64,000 nt of DNA from Epiperipatus broadwayi (Eukaryota; Animalia; Onychophora). The notes under the pieces were generated by a model. The model was not told the origin of the DNA and made no database searches. It saw only the letters and a list, made by a program, of their open reading frames with translations. This document shows positions 39,481 to 50,800 of the stretch, one piece after another. Location of the stretch: positions 3,162,001 to 3,226,000 of the forward strand of contig JAQFVV010000009.1 in the NCBI GenBank assembly GCA_028023455.1, in the 5' to 3' direction. The position numbers were made by a program, and so were the translations under genes. Within the stretch, counting starts at the first letter, position 1. Each line of letters starts with the position of its first letter.

Positions 39481-39572
39481 TATAATTGAATACATATAAA
39501 TGCAGTAATCAGATATATGTAAAGTATACTTTACATATATCTGATTACTGTATTTATAAATATTCAATTATA
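39481..39572. repeat. 92-bp spacerless palindrome
   Basis: 46-bp arms, 43/46 complementary by manual comparison, centred on GTATAC (39524-39529). Confidence 0.9.
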
Positions 39573-39733
39573 AAATTACGTTTATTGATTTGAAAAATAC
39601 ACACATAAAATTATATATATATCAATGGGAATTACTACATGAATGTTAATGATGTTATTTATAATTACAAATATACAGATTTATCTGAAAACTTACTATA
39701 TAACAATGAAGACCAGGATGATCTTTATAAAGT

Positions 39734-39877
39734 TCATTGCATCTGCATTGGTATTTCATGAGACACATATCTCTCGCCACTATTCTCACTTTGCTTAGAT
39801 GATGAATGCAAAGACAAGAAAAAGTCATTTTGACAATTCAGTTTGCCATTTTTATAAATGTCTTCTTTATTCTTTTT
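39734..39877 (-). CDS. Candidate terminal exon (unverified)
   Basis: Acceptor ttcctatacttaatttgcatactccAG with branch-like cttaat; phase 0 reads KKNKEDIYKNGKLNCQNDFFLSLHSSSKQSENSGERYVSHEIPMQMQ*. No homology recognised. Confidence 0.3.
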   Translation of the reverse strand, partial: KKNKEDIYKNGKLNCQNDFFLSLHSSSKQSENSGERYVSHEIPMQMQ

Positions 39878-40614
39878 CTGGAGTATGCAAATTAAGTATA
39901 GGAAACTAGTCTTCACTATTATTTTAGTAAGGCTTCATGTAAATCTGGAACATTTGCAATTGCAAATTAAATCTTTAAAGTTTTTGTAGACACTCCCATT
40001 GCTAAATAAAAATATTTGTTATATAAGTATTCATTTGTAAAGTTTGAGGAAGTTATGTACATTTTTATATTAAATTAATATATTTACTGTACAATTTGTA
40101 TATATTTTTCATATATATTTAGAAATAAAGAGAGAGTTTAAACAAATTTTTTTTTTGATGTTAGTTAATCTAAATATTTTCACACGTGTTCTGCTGTTGA
40201 CATCACCAGCTGCAAATTAGATTTTTGTTTTAGTCATTGCAGAGAAGACAACAAAATGGTTCTTTGACAGGGTACTTCTCTGTTTATGTTACAATTAATT
40301 ACATAAGAAACTATTCTATTTCAATGAAAACCTTTATCTTCATTTTTTTTCTGATTAAATTCGCAAAAGATATTGCACAGAAGATCACCCTCTTTGTTTC
40401 CTACATTGATACTCTTCTAACTCAAATTGATAACAAATTCTACAAAGTTTTTAATCTTTAAATCATTTTTAAGACTAAATGTGTTTTCATTAGTTTACAT
40501 AGATGATTAAATTATCTCAAGACAAATCAGCAATCTTCCATTACTAGAACATTTATTTGATTAGGTGACTTTCAATTATAACTTGATTCTCAATCTTTAT
40601 TGACAAATCCTTAC

Positions 40615-40658
40615 CCAGGAGTTATCTACTGGAAAATCATTGTCTTTATTTTCCTTAC
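40615..40658 (-). other. AG/GT juxtaposed splice site with 44-nt cryptic exon (recursive splice site or micro-exon)
   Basis: Minus strand gctaagctattttatttttttgatAG|GTAAGG...(44 nt)...TGG|GTAAGG. Confidence 0.5.
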
Positions 40659-40904
40659 CTATCAAAAAAATAAAATAGCTTAGCTTTTTTATCCTAAAAT
40701 TCAAGACATTCCTATTTAAAAATGAATTCATCTTTTAATTGCTCATTGTAGTGAAAATTAACTCATCATTAAATTTTCATAATCCAAACAATCAGCATAA
40801 CAAATTCTATTAAAAAGGGCAGCCCAACATTCTACATAGTGCTCTTGTACAATTTTTTTTATTTCAAAATTGAACAATTTCTGCGATTGTACAAAAAACA
40901 AATT

Positions 40905-41008
40905 GTCAAGAGTTGGTGGTCGAGTGGTCAGCACAGCTGCCTTACAGCGGTTGTCCTGGGTTTGTGGGTTTGCTTCCTGGCCGATGCTTTGACACATGAA
41001 AAAAAAAA
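40905..41008 (+). mobile_element. tRNA-Gly-derived SINE, anticodon position TAC
   Basis: GTCAAG...TGGTCGAGTGG...CTGCCTTACAGC...CCGATGCTTTGACACATG(A)10; imperfect duplication aaaaaa(c)aaattgt. Confidence 0.85.
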
Positions 41009-41149
41009 TTGTGAAGGTATAGGTGCATCAGATCCTTTAGAATTTTAAGATCACTTGCAATATTAAAGGGGAAAAAGTGTGTATCGAGAACACATAACTT
41101 TTAATACTCTCAATCTAGTAAATCCTAAACAGCCTTCAAAAAAATTTGT

Positions 41150-41880
41150 TAAAACTGTGTTTTTATTATAACATTCCTATTTTACAAAAGCCTGAAATAG
41201 CATTAGCAGCAAAAAATTTATTTACTTAGATGGACACTTACTAATGCTTATATACAACCTTTTTTTTAATGATAATGACTTAAATGCAATCCACTATTAT
41301 ACCATTTCTCAACTATTTAAATAAGTAAATTAAAATATCAGGCATAACTTCTCAAACTGGAATCCAACATGGAACCCATATTCAAAATGCTAATTATACA
41401 CACAGATAAAAAATTTATATTTACAAGTTTTCAGTACTATAGATTTTGAAAATTCAACAGATTCTAAAATACATGGATCTGTTGATCAAAGTATTTTAAA
41501 TCACATAGAATATTGTGCATTGTAAATAACCTATTGTCTTGCACTGATTCGTCCAAAAAAAAAAAGTCTTTGATATCTTCTCATTGGTTTTTATAATAAA
41601 TTTCTTTTTTTAGAAGTTTTCATCTTCTTAGACTTCTTTTACAAGCTAGTCACTTTATCTACAAAAATCTTCTTCACTATAAAGATGAAGATAAAAAAAG
41701 ATTTAATAGACCACAGATATCTTTAACTAGAAACACACTCTAGACAACTTGCCCCCACAGTAAATTAATATCAATGATTGAACTCTTGTTCATGACTCTT
41801 AAATTTTGTGAACCTTTTTTATGTTTCAGCTTCTATACCTTACATTGGATATTAACTTCTTAATTTTAATAAATTTGCAT
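41150..41880 (-). mobile_element. Possible decayed CR1/L2/Jockey-type LINE fragment
   Basis: Only a FEYGFHVG (LEYASxVW-like) remnant and weak RT-like pieces on the minus strand. Confidence 0.3.
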
Positions 41881-43361
41881 TTATATTAATTTTAATGACA
41901 ACTATTGATAGTATTTAAAAATGACTTATATAATATTTTTAATTGTTCGCGTTTTTTTTTTTTTTAGTGTGTTTGAAGGCAATAGACTCTTTTGATCTTG
42001 ATAGTTATACTACTCAAAAGACATTTTTAGATAAAAAATTGTGCTAAAAAATTTTCAGTTATAATGAAAAAATATTCATTAGTTGAGGACTGATATTTTC
42101 ATTACAAATGAAATATATATTAGTCGATTTTACTTTTGGGGAGGAAATGACTAGAAATTAAGAATACCCAGTATAAAATTTTGCAAGTTTTCTATAAATC
42201 ATTTTTTTTTGCCAGTGTGAAAGTTTTAGTTATGATCTTTATTATTAATATATTCTCATTTATTTATTAGTATAAAAATATTGATATATATATGAGAGTA
42301 TAAATGTTATAATAAATATGGTTTGCTACAATAAAAACATTTTTTTTTCATATTTATTTTTTTATTATTTCGGATTCCCCAAATTTTATTTGGTACTGAT
42401 ATATTTCTATATTTGAGAATTAAATTAGATTTTCAAAAAGTTTTAATTTCTTTTATTATAATTTTGTTTGTTTATTTTATTCTATTTATCTTAACTTTTA
42501 AAGTAGTGCTTTATTGTTATTAATAATAATAATAATAATGAAGCAATAGCGACTTTACTATAGTATTATTGGTAATCTTGAATAATACGTAATTATCAAA
42601 TGATTGTGCATTATTTTCTGGCTTTCTTTGCCTTATTAATTGTTATTTGGAATTCAAAACTAAAAATAATGCTATTATATATCTAGCAATCATCTTTAAC
42701 TCCATTTTACTATTTAAGTTAAAAACATATGGCCTGAACATTTATCTAGATCTAAATCAGTAAATACATATTTTAATATCCTCGGTTGTTTATTAATTAT
42801 GGCCATAGAATAGGGAGTTGCTCTTGTTTTATCATATAAAGAGATAAGGGATTTGTTATTATTTAATGTAAATAATTCTTTTCCTTAAGGCCAGTCTGCT
42901 GTTTTCTATAATTTAGAATAATATATAAAATACTAAAATTTATAGTTATTTTTATTTATTTAAGTTATTATTATTTTAGATATCTGATACTGATAAGATG
43001 AGAAGAGCACTTTGCATTCATAGATTTCTTTTGATAAATATATTGCTCCAATAGCTGCTGGCTATATGCAATTTAAGTGGCATTAATTAATGAATTGGAT
43101 TGACTATTTTACATTATTTAATTTTGTTTTATAAAAAGTAGTTATTAAATTGAAACTGTGTAGCAAATCAGTGAATTTAAATCACGTGTAATAACAGTAC
43201 ATAAGATTTAAACAATTATTTAAACTCAGACAATTATGGCTGAGGAAAAGATAAAGAGCAATTTCTTTGGAGAGTAGAGATATAGCAGAGCTTAACCTGT
43301 CACTTCTGATGCTCCAATATCACATGATTTCTCAAGCTTGTGATATTGGTTATCATTGTAG

Positions 43362-43467
43362 CCCTGCATGGCTTATTGCAATGGTAAAGTGGTAGACTCT
43401 GGAGCTCAACGTGGAATATAATTCCAAACCTGTGGCTTTTGCTGCTAAAAATTTCTTATGAATTCCT
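43362..43467 (+). mobile_element. Old tRNA-headed SINE-like repeat, copy 2
   Basis: Similar to 24423-24530 at start, middle and end. Confidence 0.4.
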
Positions 43468-45036
43468 GAACAATAAACCAGTCAATTATTTTATTTTTAT
43501 AATCTCTCAAATAATTGAGATTGTCATATACAGAAATTTAAGATTCAAACGGCAATAAAAAGCTCTTTTTATAAAATCTAAAGTTCTTATCTTAAGGATT
43601 TGTAGAATAAATTATTAATCTTTTAAAGTATATGTGAGATTCTCACTGGAGTACGAGGCGTTTGAAATAATAATGGCAAGATAAAATTATGAGATTAGTT
43701 TCAGGGCCAAGATATTTTATTATTGTTGACCGTTCACCTGCAATCACATTCTCTGATATTAGATTCCTCTCGTTATTAAAAAAAATCTATTTCAATTACT
43801 ATTTTCTAAAATGAAACAATACTAAAATTATTATTCCAGATTTATTTAAAAAATAAAAACAACAAATATACTTTGGTTAAGTTAATTAAAGATAGCTAAT
43901 TTATTTTTGAATAGCATATGTGGTTAATTATTCATTTTCTAAGCTTCATATTAAAACTTACAAAAACATTATGCATCCATCAGTTAACAAATTGATGGAA
44001 ATAAAGATTCATAAGCTCGTTTTATATATTCTAAGTTCGTATCCTAAGGATTTGCAGAACGAATCTTTTGAAACTTATATATATATAAAAAAATGATATG
44101 GAGAAATGCTATGAAAGCCTAAATACAGAAATAGAATTATTAACAATTAATATGCAACATTTCTTCAAAATTTCAAGTTAAAAAAATTAACTATAAAGAT
44201 TTGTTTCCAAATAAGTAGAAAATATTTACACCCAAAGATGATCAAGAAATTGGAAATGCAATGTTTTTCAAACTCTTTTGACAAAGTGGTTTATAATAAG
44301 ACATATGTGAAACACACACACACACAAGGCTAAAGAAATACTGCGCTTTGCTTAAAGCTGCATAACTGAATCATTAATATTTGTATTTAACACAAATTTT
44401 AAGGTGGAAAGTAATGGAATGAAATATTTAAACAAAACAATTTGGTATAGTTCTGAAAATATACTCATATATATATAATAAGTTAAAATAATAAAAGATG
44501 ATTACTTTTAATAAAAAAATTCTTAATATTTAACTTAAAACATCTTTGTGAAATATATTAATGCTAATCTAAATTACTTTGCCCACTTTGTTTTATAATA
44601 TTTATATTGAATAAGCTCAATAATTAAAACATTCTCAATGGCAGACTTAATAAGGAATGCTTTCTTTTTACTTTTAGAAAGACATTTGATTTTTAATAGT
44701 CAATGAAAAAACTGGTCAAATATAAAAAGTAAAATTAGTGAAAGCTAGCCATTTTTTGTTTTTAAAATAAAAAATATCAATAGCTTCAATTATTGGCTTA
44801 ATACTTCAGTTCTAAATAACTTATGATTAACTTGTTTAAATTCTTTCTAACAAATTATGCATTTGCATAAATTAATAGAATATTACTCATTGTAAATGTC
44901 AACTCTTACTTCAAAACATTTAATTTAAGAAGAATTGAAGAGACAGAATTTGAATATAAACAAATTTTTGCCCTGCTCATTATTTCATTTATCTAAAATA
45001 CAAGGAATAAATCCTTTATGTTACTTTTGCAAATTA

Positions 45037-45893
45037 AAAATAAATCCTAGATATAATAAAATATCTTTATCTAACAACAAAATGATATATGACAATAGCT
45101 GTAATATAGTCTTATAATCATAATGCATAAAAATAACATAATAAAAGCTCTTTTCAGAAAATTTAAAATTTTTGAATTTTTAATTATTAAAAAATAAAAA
45201 TTATATAGATAAAAATATTAAAATAGGATGGTCAAACAGTAAAAATCTTAATATATTAGTAGGCAATTATAAAATAAAAGATGATATAAAATATAAAAAG
45301 GGTATAGTATATAAAATTACTTGTGGGGTTTGCAGTATGGTTTATTATGGACATACAACAAAACAATTAGAAGAAAGGGCTAAAGAACATAATAATGCTA
45401 TTAATAGAAGAGATAACAGATCTGCATTATATGTTCACTACTTAAAATATGGACATAGAATAGACTGTGTTAAGAATATAAGTCCATTAAATTATATTAA
45501 AGAAATTAATAGAAGGAAGATATATGAAACCAATTACATTAATTATAACAGAAATAATTGTATGAACATTTATAAAACGTCAATTAATTTAACTAATAAT
45601 TGGATAATGAAAAATGAATGGAGGGTTGTATAATATGTGTTATTATAAAGATATTTAAGTGTAATTATAGGCTTGTGTTAATTTTATATAGAGCCGATAG
45701 ATGTCATTATGTATGCAATATAGATTATTTTTGTAATTAAGACATTGAAAAGGGCAAAAATTTAAAATTTGCCGAAAAGAGCTTTAATTATGTTATTTTT
45801 ATGTGTTATGATTATTTGACTACATTACAGCTATTGTCATATATCATTTTGTTGTTAGATAAAGATATTTTATTATATCTAGGATTTATTTTT
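45037..45893 (+). mobile_element. 5'-truncated Penelope-like element with inverted pseudo-LTR
   Basis: 45037-45176 is the reverse complement of ~45757-45893; between them a GIY-YIG ORF, then a hammerhead-like motif at 45745-45786 (TTGAAAA-G-GGCAAA-loop-TTTGCC-GAAA-AGAGCTTT-A). Confidence 0.9.
45184..45633 (+). pseudogene. PLE GIY-YIG endonuclease domain (open 149-aa fragment)
   Basis: Frame is open upstream of the listed ATG: ...KKGIVYKITCGVCSMVYYGHTTKQLEERAKEH...SALYVHYLKYGH...RRKIYETNYI...N; GIY/YIG motifs with the CxxC and His residues typical of PLE endonucleases. Confidence 0.9.
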
Positions 45894-46574
45894 ATTTCAT
45901 TTATAAAAAATATATAGAATATTTGCAGAAATTTACAAATTGCAATGGCTTATTCTCAATTTAATCAAAATATAATACACAGTCTGCAAAATAAATTGTT
46001 AAAAAAATCATTAAACAAAATATAAAGCTAGTAAAAAACATAAAGATAAATAAAATGAATAAATGATGCAACTCATAAATAGGCTTGAAGTCAAGTTTTA
46101 ATTGTCATTTTTCTAGATGGGAACTTTACTTAAAAAGATATAAGCAAATATTAAACGAAGTTTGATTTTTTTTTAAAAAAAAAAATTTCTTTCTTCACTG
46201 AAATATTAACTTTCAATTGAGAACAGGTTTCATCCTTAGTTTCTAGACAATTTTTCTATCCTTAGACCAATATAAACTAATAGGATGATTAGAATAATTA
46301 ACTATTTGTAGCAGAAGTCCAACTGCAGAAAAGTTTTTAGGGAATATTATATTATTAATTTTTTAAAATTTAACTACTCCTATAGAAAACAAAGTAATAA
46401 TGAGTAACAGAATAAAAAAGTGAGAGGAAAAAAAAGAGATCAGAAAAAGTTGGAAAATAATTGATAGATAATGATATATCTAAAAATATTAAGCATTGTA
46501 CTTTAATAAATATAAAACATTTTAATTTTTTAAAATTATTATTATTATTATTTATATTATTAACAACACTGATT

Positions 46575-46646
46575 AACCTTGATATATATATATAAAGATA
46601 AAACATTTATAACCTTGATATATATATATAAAGATAAAACATTTAT
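46575..46646. repeat. Exact 36-bp tandem duplication
   Basis: aaccttgatatatatatataaagataaaacatttat twice. Confidence 0.85.
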
Positions 46647-46690
46647 AGAATTGCTACTTTATAATAAATCTTGAACACAAGATACAAAAA

Positions 46691-46806
46691 TTTTTTTTTT
46701 TCATATGACATAGCATCAACCAGGAGGTGAATCCACAACAACTGACTGCAACCAACTGCTTGCTTGCAAGGCCGCTGCGTTGACCTCTCGACTAACAATA
46801 CTTGAC
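46691..46806 (-). mobile_element. tRNA-Gly-derived SINE, long form, anticodon position TGC
   Basis: Colinear with 29681-29786; A11 tail. Confidence 0.85.
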
Positions 46807-47771
46807 CGATTTTTTTTGATAATATATTTAATGGAATATACTGGCTAGTTATTCTATCAAGAGAGTCTTCTAAATCACTGAACTAGTTTTTTAGAATTTT
46901 GAGAGTCAAACTTTATTATAAACATATAAATAAAACTGTAGTTTTCTCCTAGTTTATACATCATTTGTAAAATCACAAATTCCACCAAAAGCTATCTAAT
47001 AGTTCAAGTAATGAATAACAATATCAGTATCCTTTGTTTATTATTTTTGCAAAGTATTTAATTTGCAATAAAACCCTGTAAATAGAAATGACTAAAATGT
47101 CATAAATAGGTATAAACGATGTATTATAAATCAAACCAGTTTTTTATATAACAAATTTTATGGAAATAGAAAACAAGCTTAGTAAAATCCAGTAATATAC
47201 TAAAGAATATACAAGAGTAAATACAGAATATGAAAAAATGTTTATTTTAAATAGAAATGCATTTTTAATTTAGAAAAGTAATACTATATCAATCAAATGG
47301 ATTAAGATTCTGCCATGTGACTATAAACAATGAATTTATTTAGAAGCATCTTAGAAAATGACAAAAATATAATATATATTTCTTAATTTCTGATATATAT
47401 TTGTAACAATAAATTTAATGTAGATTAAATTTTTATTTGAAGCAAATTTTTATCAGTACTGCCCTTACTGAAGTAGAAATATACTGCATTTTAAAAATAA
47501 AAATGTAAAAAAAAAAAACCTGACAAAGATATCAGTAAAAAAATGGTTAAGAGATAAAATTTATAATAATGTAATAGATCTAAAAATTTATTAATTCCTT
47601 CAACATATACATGTTTGTATTAATTATAGATGGAAAACTATCATGTATATTCAAAAAATTATTAGTCAATCCCATATGTAAGCTCTGGATTGTATGCCTG
47701 CTGCATATATTTATATAATAAAATATTGAGATTAATTGTATATAAATGTGACAAAACAAGTTAAAGAAGAA

Positions 47772-47868
47772 GTCAAGCATTGGTGGCCGAGTGGTCAGCA
47801 CAGCTGCCTTACAAGCAGTTGTCCCGGATTCGCTTCTCAACCGATGTTTTGACACATGAAAAAAAAAA
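47772..47868 (+). mobile_element. tRNA-Gly-derived SINE, short form, anticodon position TAC
   Basis: GCATTGGTGGCCGAGTGGTCAGCACAGCTGCCTTACAAGCAGTTGTCCCGGATTCG...; 16-bp duplication aaaacaagttaaagaa (47753-47768, 47865-47880). Confidence 0.9.
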
Positions 47869-49569
47869 CAAGTTAAAGAAAATTAGATAAAGCAGATTGT
47901 TTAATAATTTAAATACTTTTACTGTCTATAATTAATTTTTATATGGAGAATCATAATGATAATTTTAGGTATAATAATAATTTCATTTAATTACAACAAT
48001 TAATAAAATATTACTTATGTAGAAATTATTCAGTTACTATATACAATACCATTGATTAATTCATCCTACATTAATTACAAGTTTTGGGTATTTTAATATG
48101 CACGTGTTTTAATGTATAATAAATACATTCAATTGTTACATAAATATTGTCTAAAAAATTACATTCTTTAATTAGAAATACTGATCATATACATTATTTT
48201 TAGAAAATTATTTTTTTGACCAATTAAATTTTAGAGAATGAACCACAAAGCTATAGTTAGGGTAGAAGAAACATTCATTCATATACATCCTTTGCCAGTT
48301 TTTATTCCTTTCTCACCAAAGAACAAAAACCCAAAAGGTTAGAAATAAATGATTTTTCCTGAAATAAAATTGAAATGTTTTGCTGAAGAAATAAATTTTC
48401 ATCTCTTTCATTTTTAAGCTTAAAATTTACTAGAACTCATAATCCCCCCCCCCCCAAAGAATATAAATAGCTTTATTTATATTTTAATTTGATGTATAAT
48501 TTTAAGTGCTATTGTTTCATATTTCAATATGAAGAAAATATTAAATTAAAAATGCTTAAACTACTTTTGAAAAGTTAAGAACTTTTTTTTTTATTTTAAT
48601 TATTAAATTTTACATAAATATTCTATCAGAATTACCTGAGTTTAAATAATAATGTCACAAGAAAGTATATATTGAAATAATAATTTGAAACGTATTTTAT
48701 TGTCTTTGTTAAGAATAGAAAAATACTTTTTAAAACAATTACGTTTGTTTGAAATTGGTTTTCAAAAAAATATGGTCAACTTTAATCTTTTGAAATTTAT
48801 AATTAAATTTTAAAATTTTATCTAAACAAATTTTGTTTATTTATATGCACTAGAACTTTATTTTTTCTACTTAAAATGCATAAAGCTAAGGAATCATTAT
48901 ATATATTTTTCAAATCCTATTTTAAGGAAAAGATTTCAATGCATTATAAAATTTTGTATATTGGAAAATATCTTATTGTTATGAAACATTTCTAATAATA
49001 AATTTATCATTAACATTATTAATAATCATATTGCATAAAATTGAAAAAAAGAAGAAAAATTTCCCTCATTAATATATATTACTATTTTACTACTGTAAAT
49101 GTAAAAATTGTTTCCTTTGAAATATATAAAAAGATTTGGAAAAGCAAACTTAATCATTGAAAATTGTGCTAATCACAATATTTTTTATTATTATCTCTAC
49201 AAAACAAATGTTTTTCATGTAGATAATGAAAAAATTCTGAAACATTTCTACTTTTGGGCCACGAACAAGAACCATTACCTCCTATAAGTAAGCTGTCCAT
49301 AATTCTGTATTAAAGAATTAATGTCCTAAGTAAAATAAAATTTCCAATACAACTAAAAGAATAAATCATAAGCATTTGCATTCAAAAGGAAGTTAATTAT
49401 CATCATGTTTGAAAAAACAAAAGTCTAATGTATTTTCTTTAAAATTTCTCACCAAAGATAATGATTTTGAAATTTTTTTCTATGATTGTATTAAATTAAT
49501 GGATCTATTGTGTACTTACTATGTAATTATTTTTATTGTACTTATAATTGTACTTATTATTATAGGATT

Positions 49570-50800
49570 CTATGTATTTCACTTATAATGGTAATTTTTA
49601 TAAGATTAAGGAAGAATAGAAAATAAATTATATTATTTCTCCTTTAATTTGTTCAGTTTATATTAATTATTTGGAAAAGGAAATATTATTAAAAATAATT
49701 GTTTTTATTTAAAGTTATTTGTTAGATATGTGGATGATTGTTTGTTTGTAGTTGAGAATGATAAATTGAAAGAGTTGGTAAATGAGTTTAATTGCTTTGA
49801 TCCTTCTATAAGACATGTAATAGAAGGAGGGGGGTTAGATTTTGTTAAGCTAAAACTTTTAGTGATTAGAAATGTAAAGAATAATTGTTTGGTGTGTAGT
49901 CATTATGTTAAAAGTAAAGAGTTAAGATATATAATTAAAACTGATAAATATCAATCTGTATCTCATCAGTAGCTGCTTTCAGAAATTATTGTTATAGAAA
50001 TAAAAGATTAAATAGTTGTAGTGGGCTAGCTTTGTTTCAGAAAGATCAATTTTATAAAGATTATTTGAGTGTTGGTTACTCTGATAAATTTGTTAAAAAT
50101 ATTTTATTTAATAATAGTAATATTTGTAATGATGTAAAGGAAAAGAAAAATATCTTATTTCTTTGCCATTTAAATTGTCTTTTTATAAAATTGTATGTAA
50201 AAATAGTAATTTGTTTGGAAAGCCGCCATGCAAGCAAGAAGTTGGTTGCAGACAGTTGTGGGTTCGCGTCCCGGCCGATGCTATGACATATGAAAAAAAA
50301 AAAAAAAAGGGGTATTACTTTGAATAATTTATTAAACAATACAAAGGAAATTTGTGATAGAAAGACTATTCCTGGAGTGGTGTATATTATCTCATTTTTG
50401 TAAGAAGGTATATATATATATATCAAAGTAGTTTAAGCTTAAATGAAAGAATAAAGATAATTTTTATTGTAGAAAAATAATAAAGATACATAAATGTAGG
50501 GTTAGAAATAAATATCTTAGTTCTGCTTTGTATATTTATGAAAAAGATATAGGGCACACTATTAATTTTGATAAAGCTAAGATTGTCTTCTTTGAGAAAA
50601 ATGAATTAAAAATAATTGAAGAATTTTTATTACTAAAAATTTATGATTCTGAAGCAATTAACTTATTTAAAAGTTTTTTTAATATTAAGGATTTATGGGA
50701 AGTAAGTGGAATTGTGGGTAACGTTAGTTTAAATATGTTATTATTTTATAATTCTTTACATTTGGGAAGGCTGCTTGTAGCAGTGAAACCATTGATAGTA
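49570..50800 (+). mobile_element. Decayed Penelope-like element (RT C-terminal half plus GIY-YIG)
   Basis: YFTYNGNFYK...ISPL...YLEKEIL...RYVDDCLFV...NEFNCFDPSI (RT); PGVVYII...SSALYIYEKDIGHTINFDKAKIVFFEKN (endonuclease); stops and frameshifts; interrupted by a SINE. Confidence 0.85.
50222..50308 (+). mobile_element. 5'-truncated long-form tRNA-Gly SINE inside the PLE
   Basis: Retains B-box GGTTCGCGTCC and A16 tail; lacks the GTCAAG/A-box head. Confidence 0.85.

Noticed and set aside
28575-50308. Functional tRNA genes (Gly, Val, Ala)
   Set aside because: Copies have A tails, target duplications, damaged T arms and non-canonical D-arm bases; retroposed SINEs fit better.
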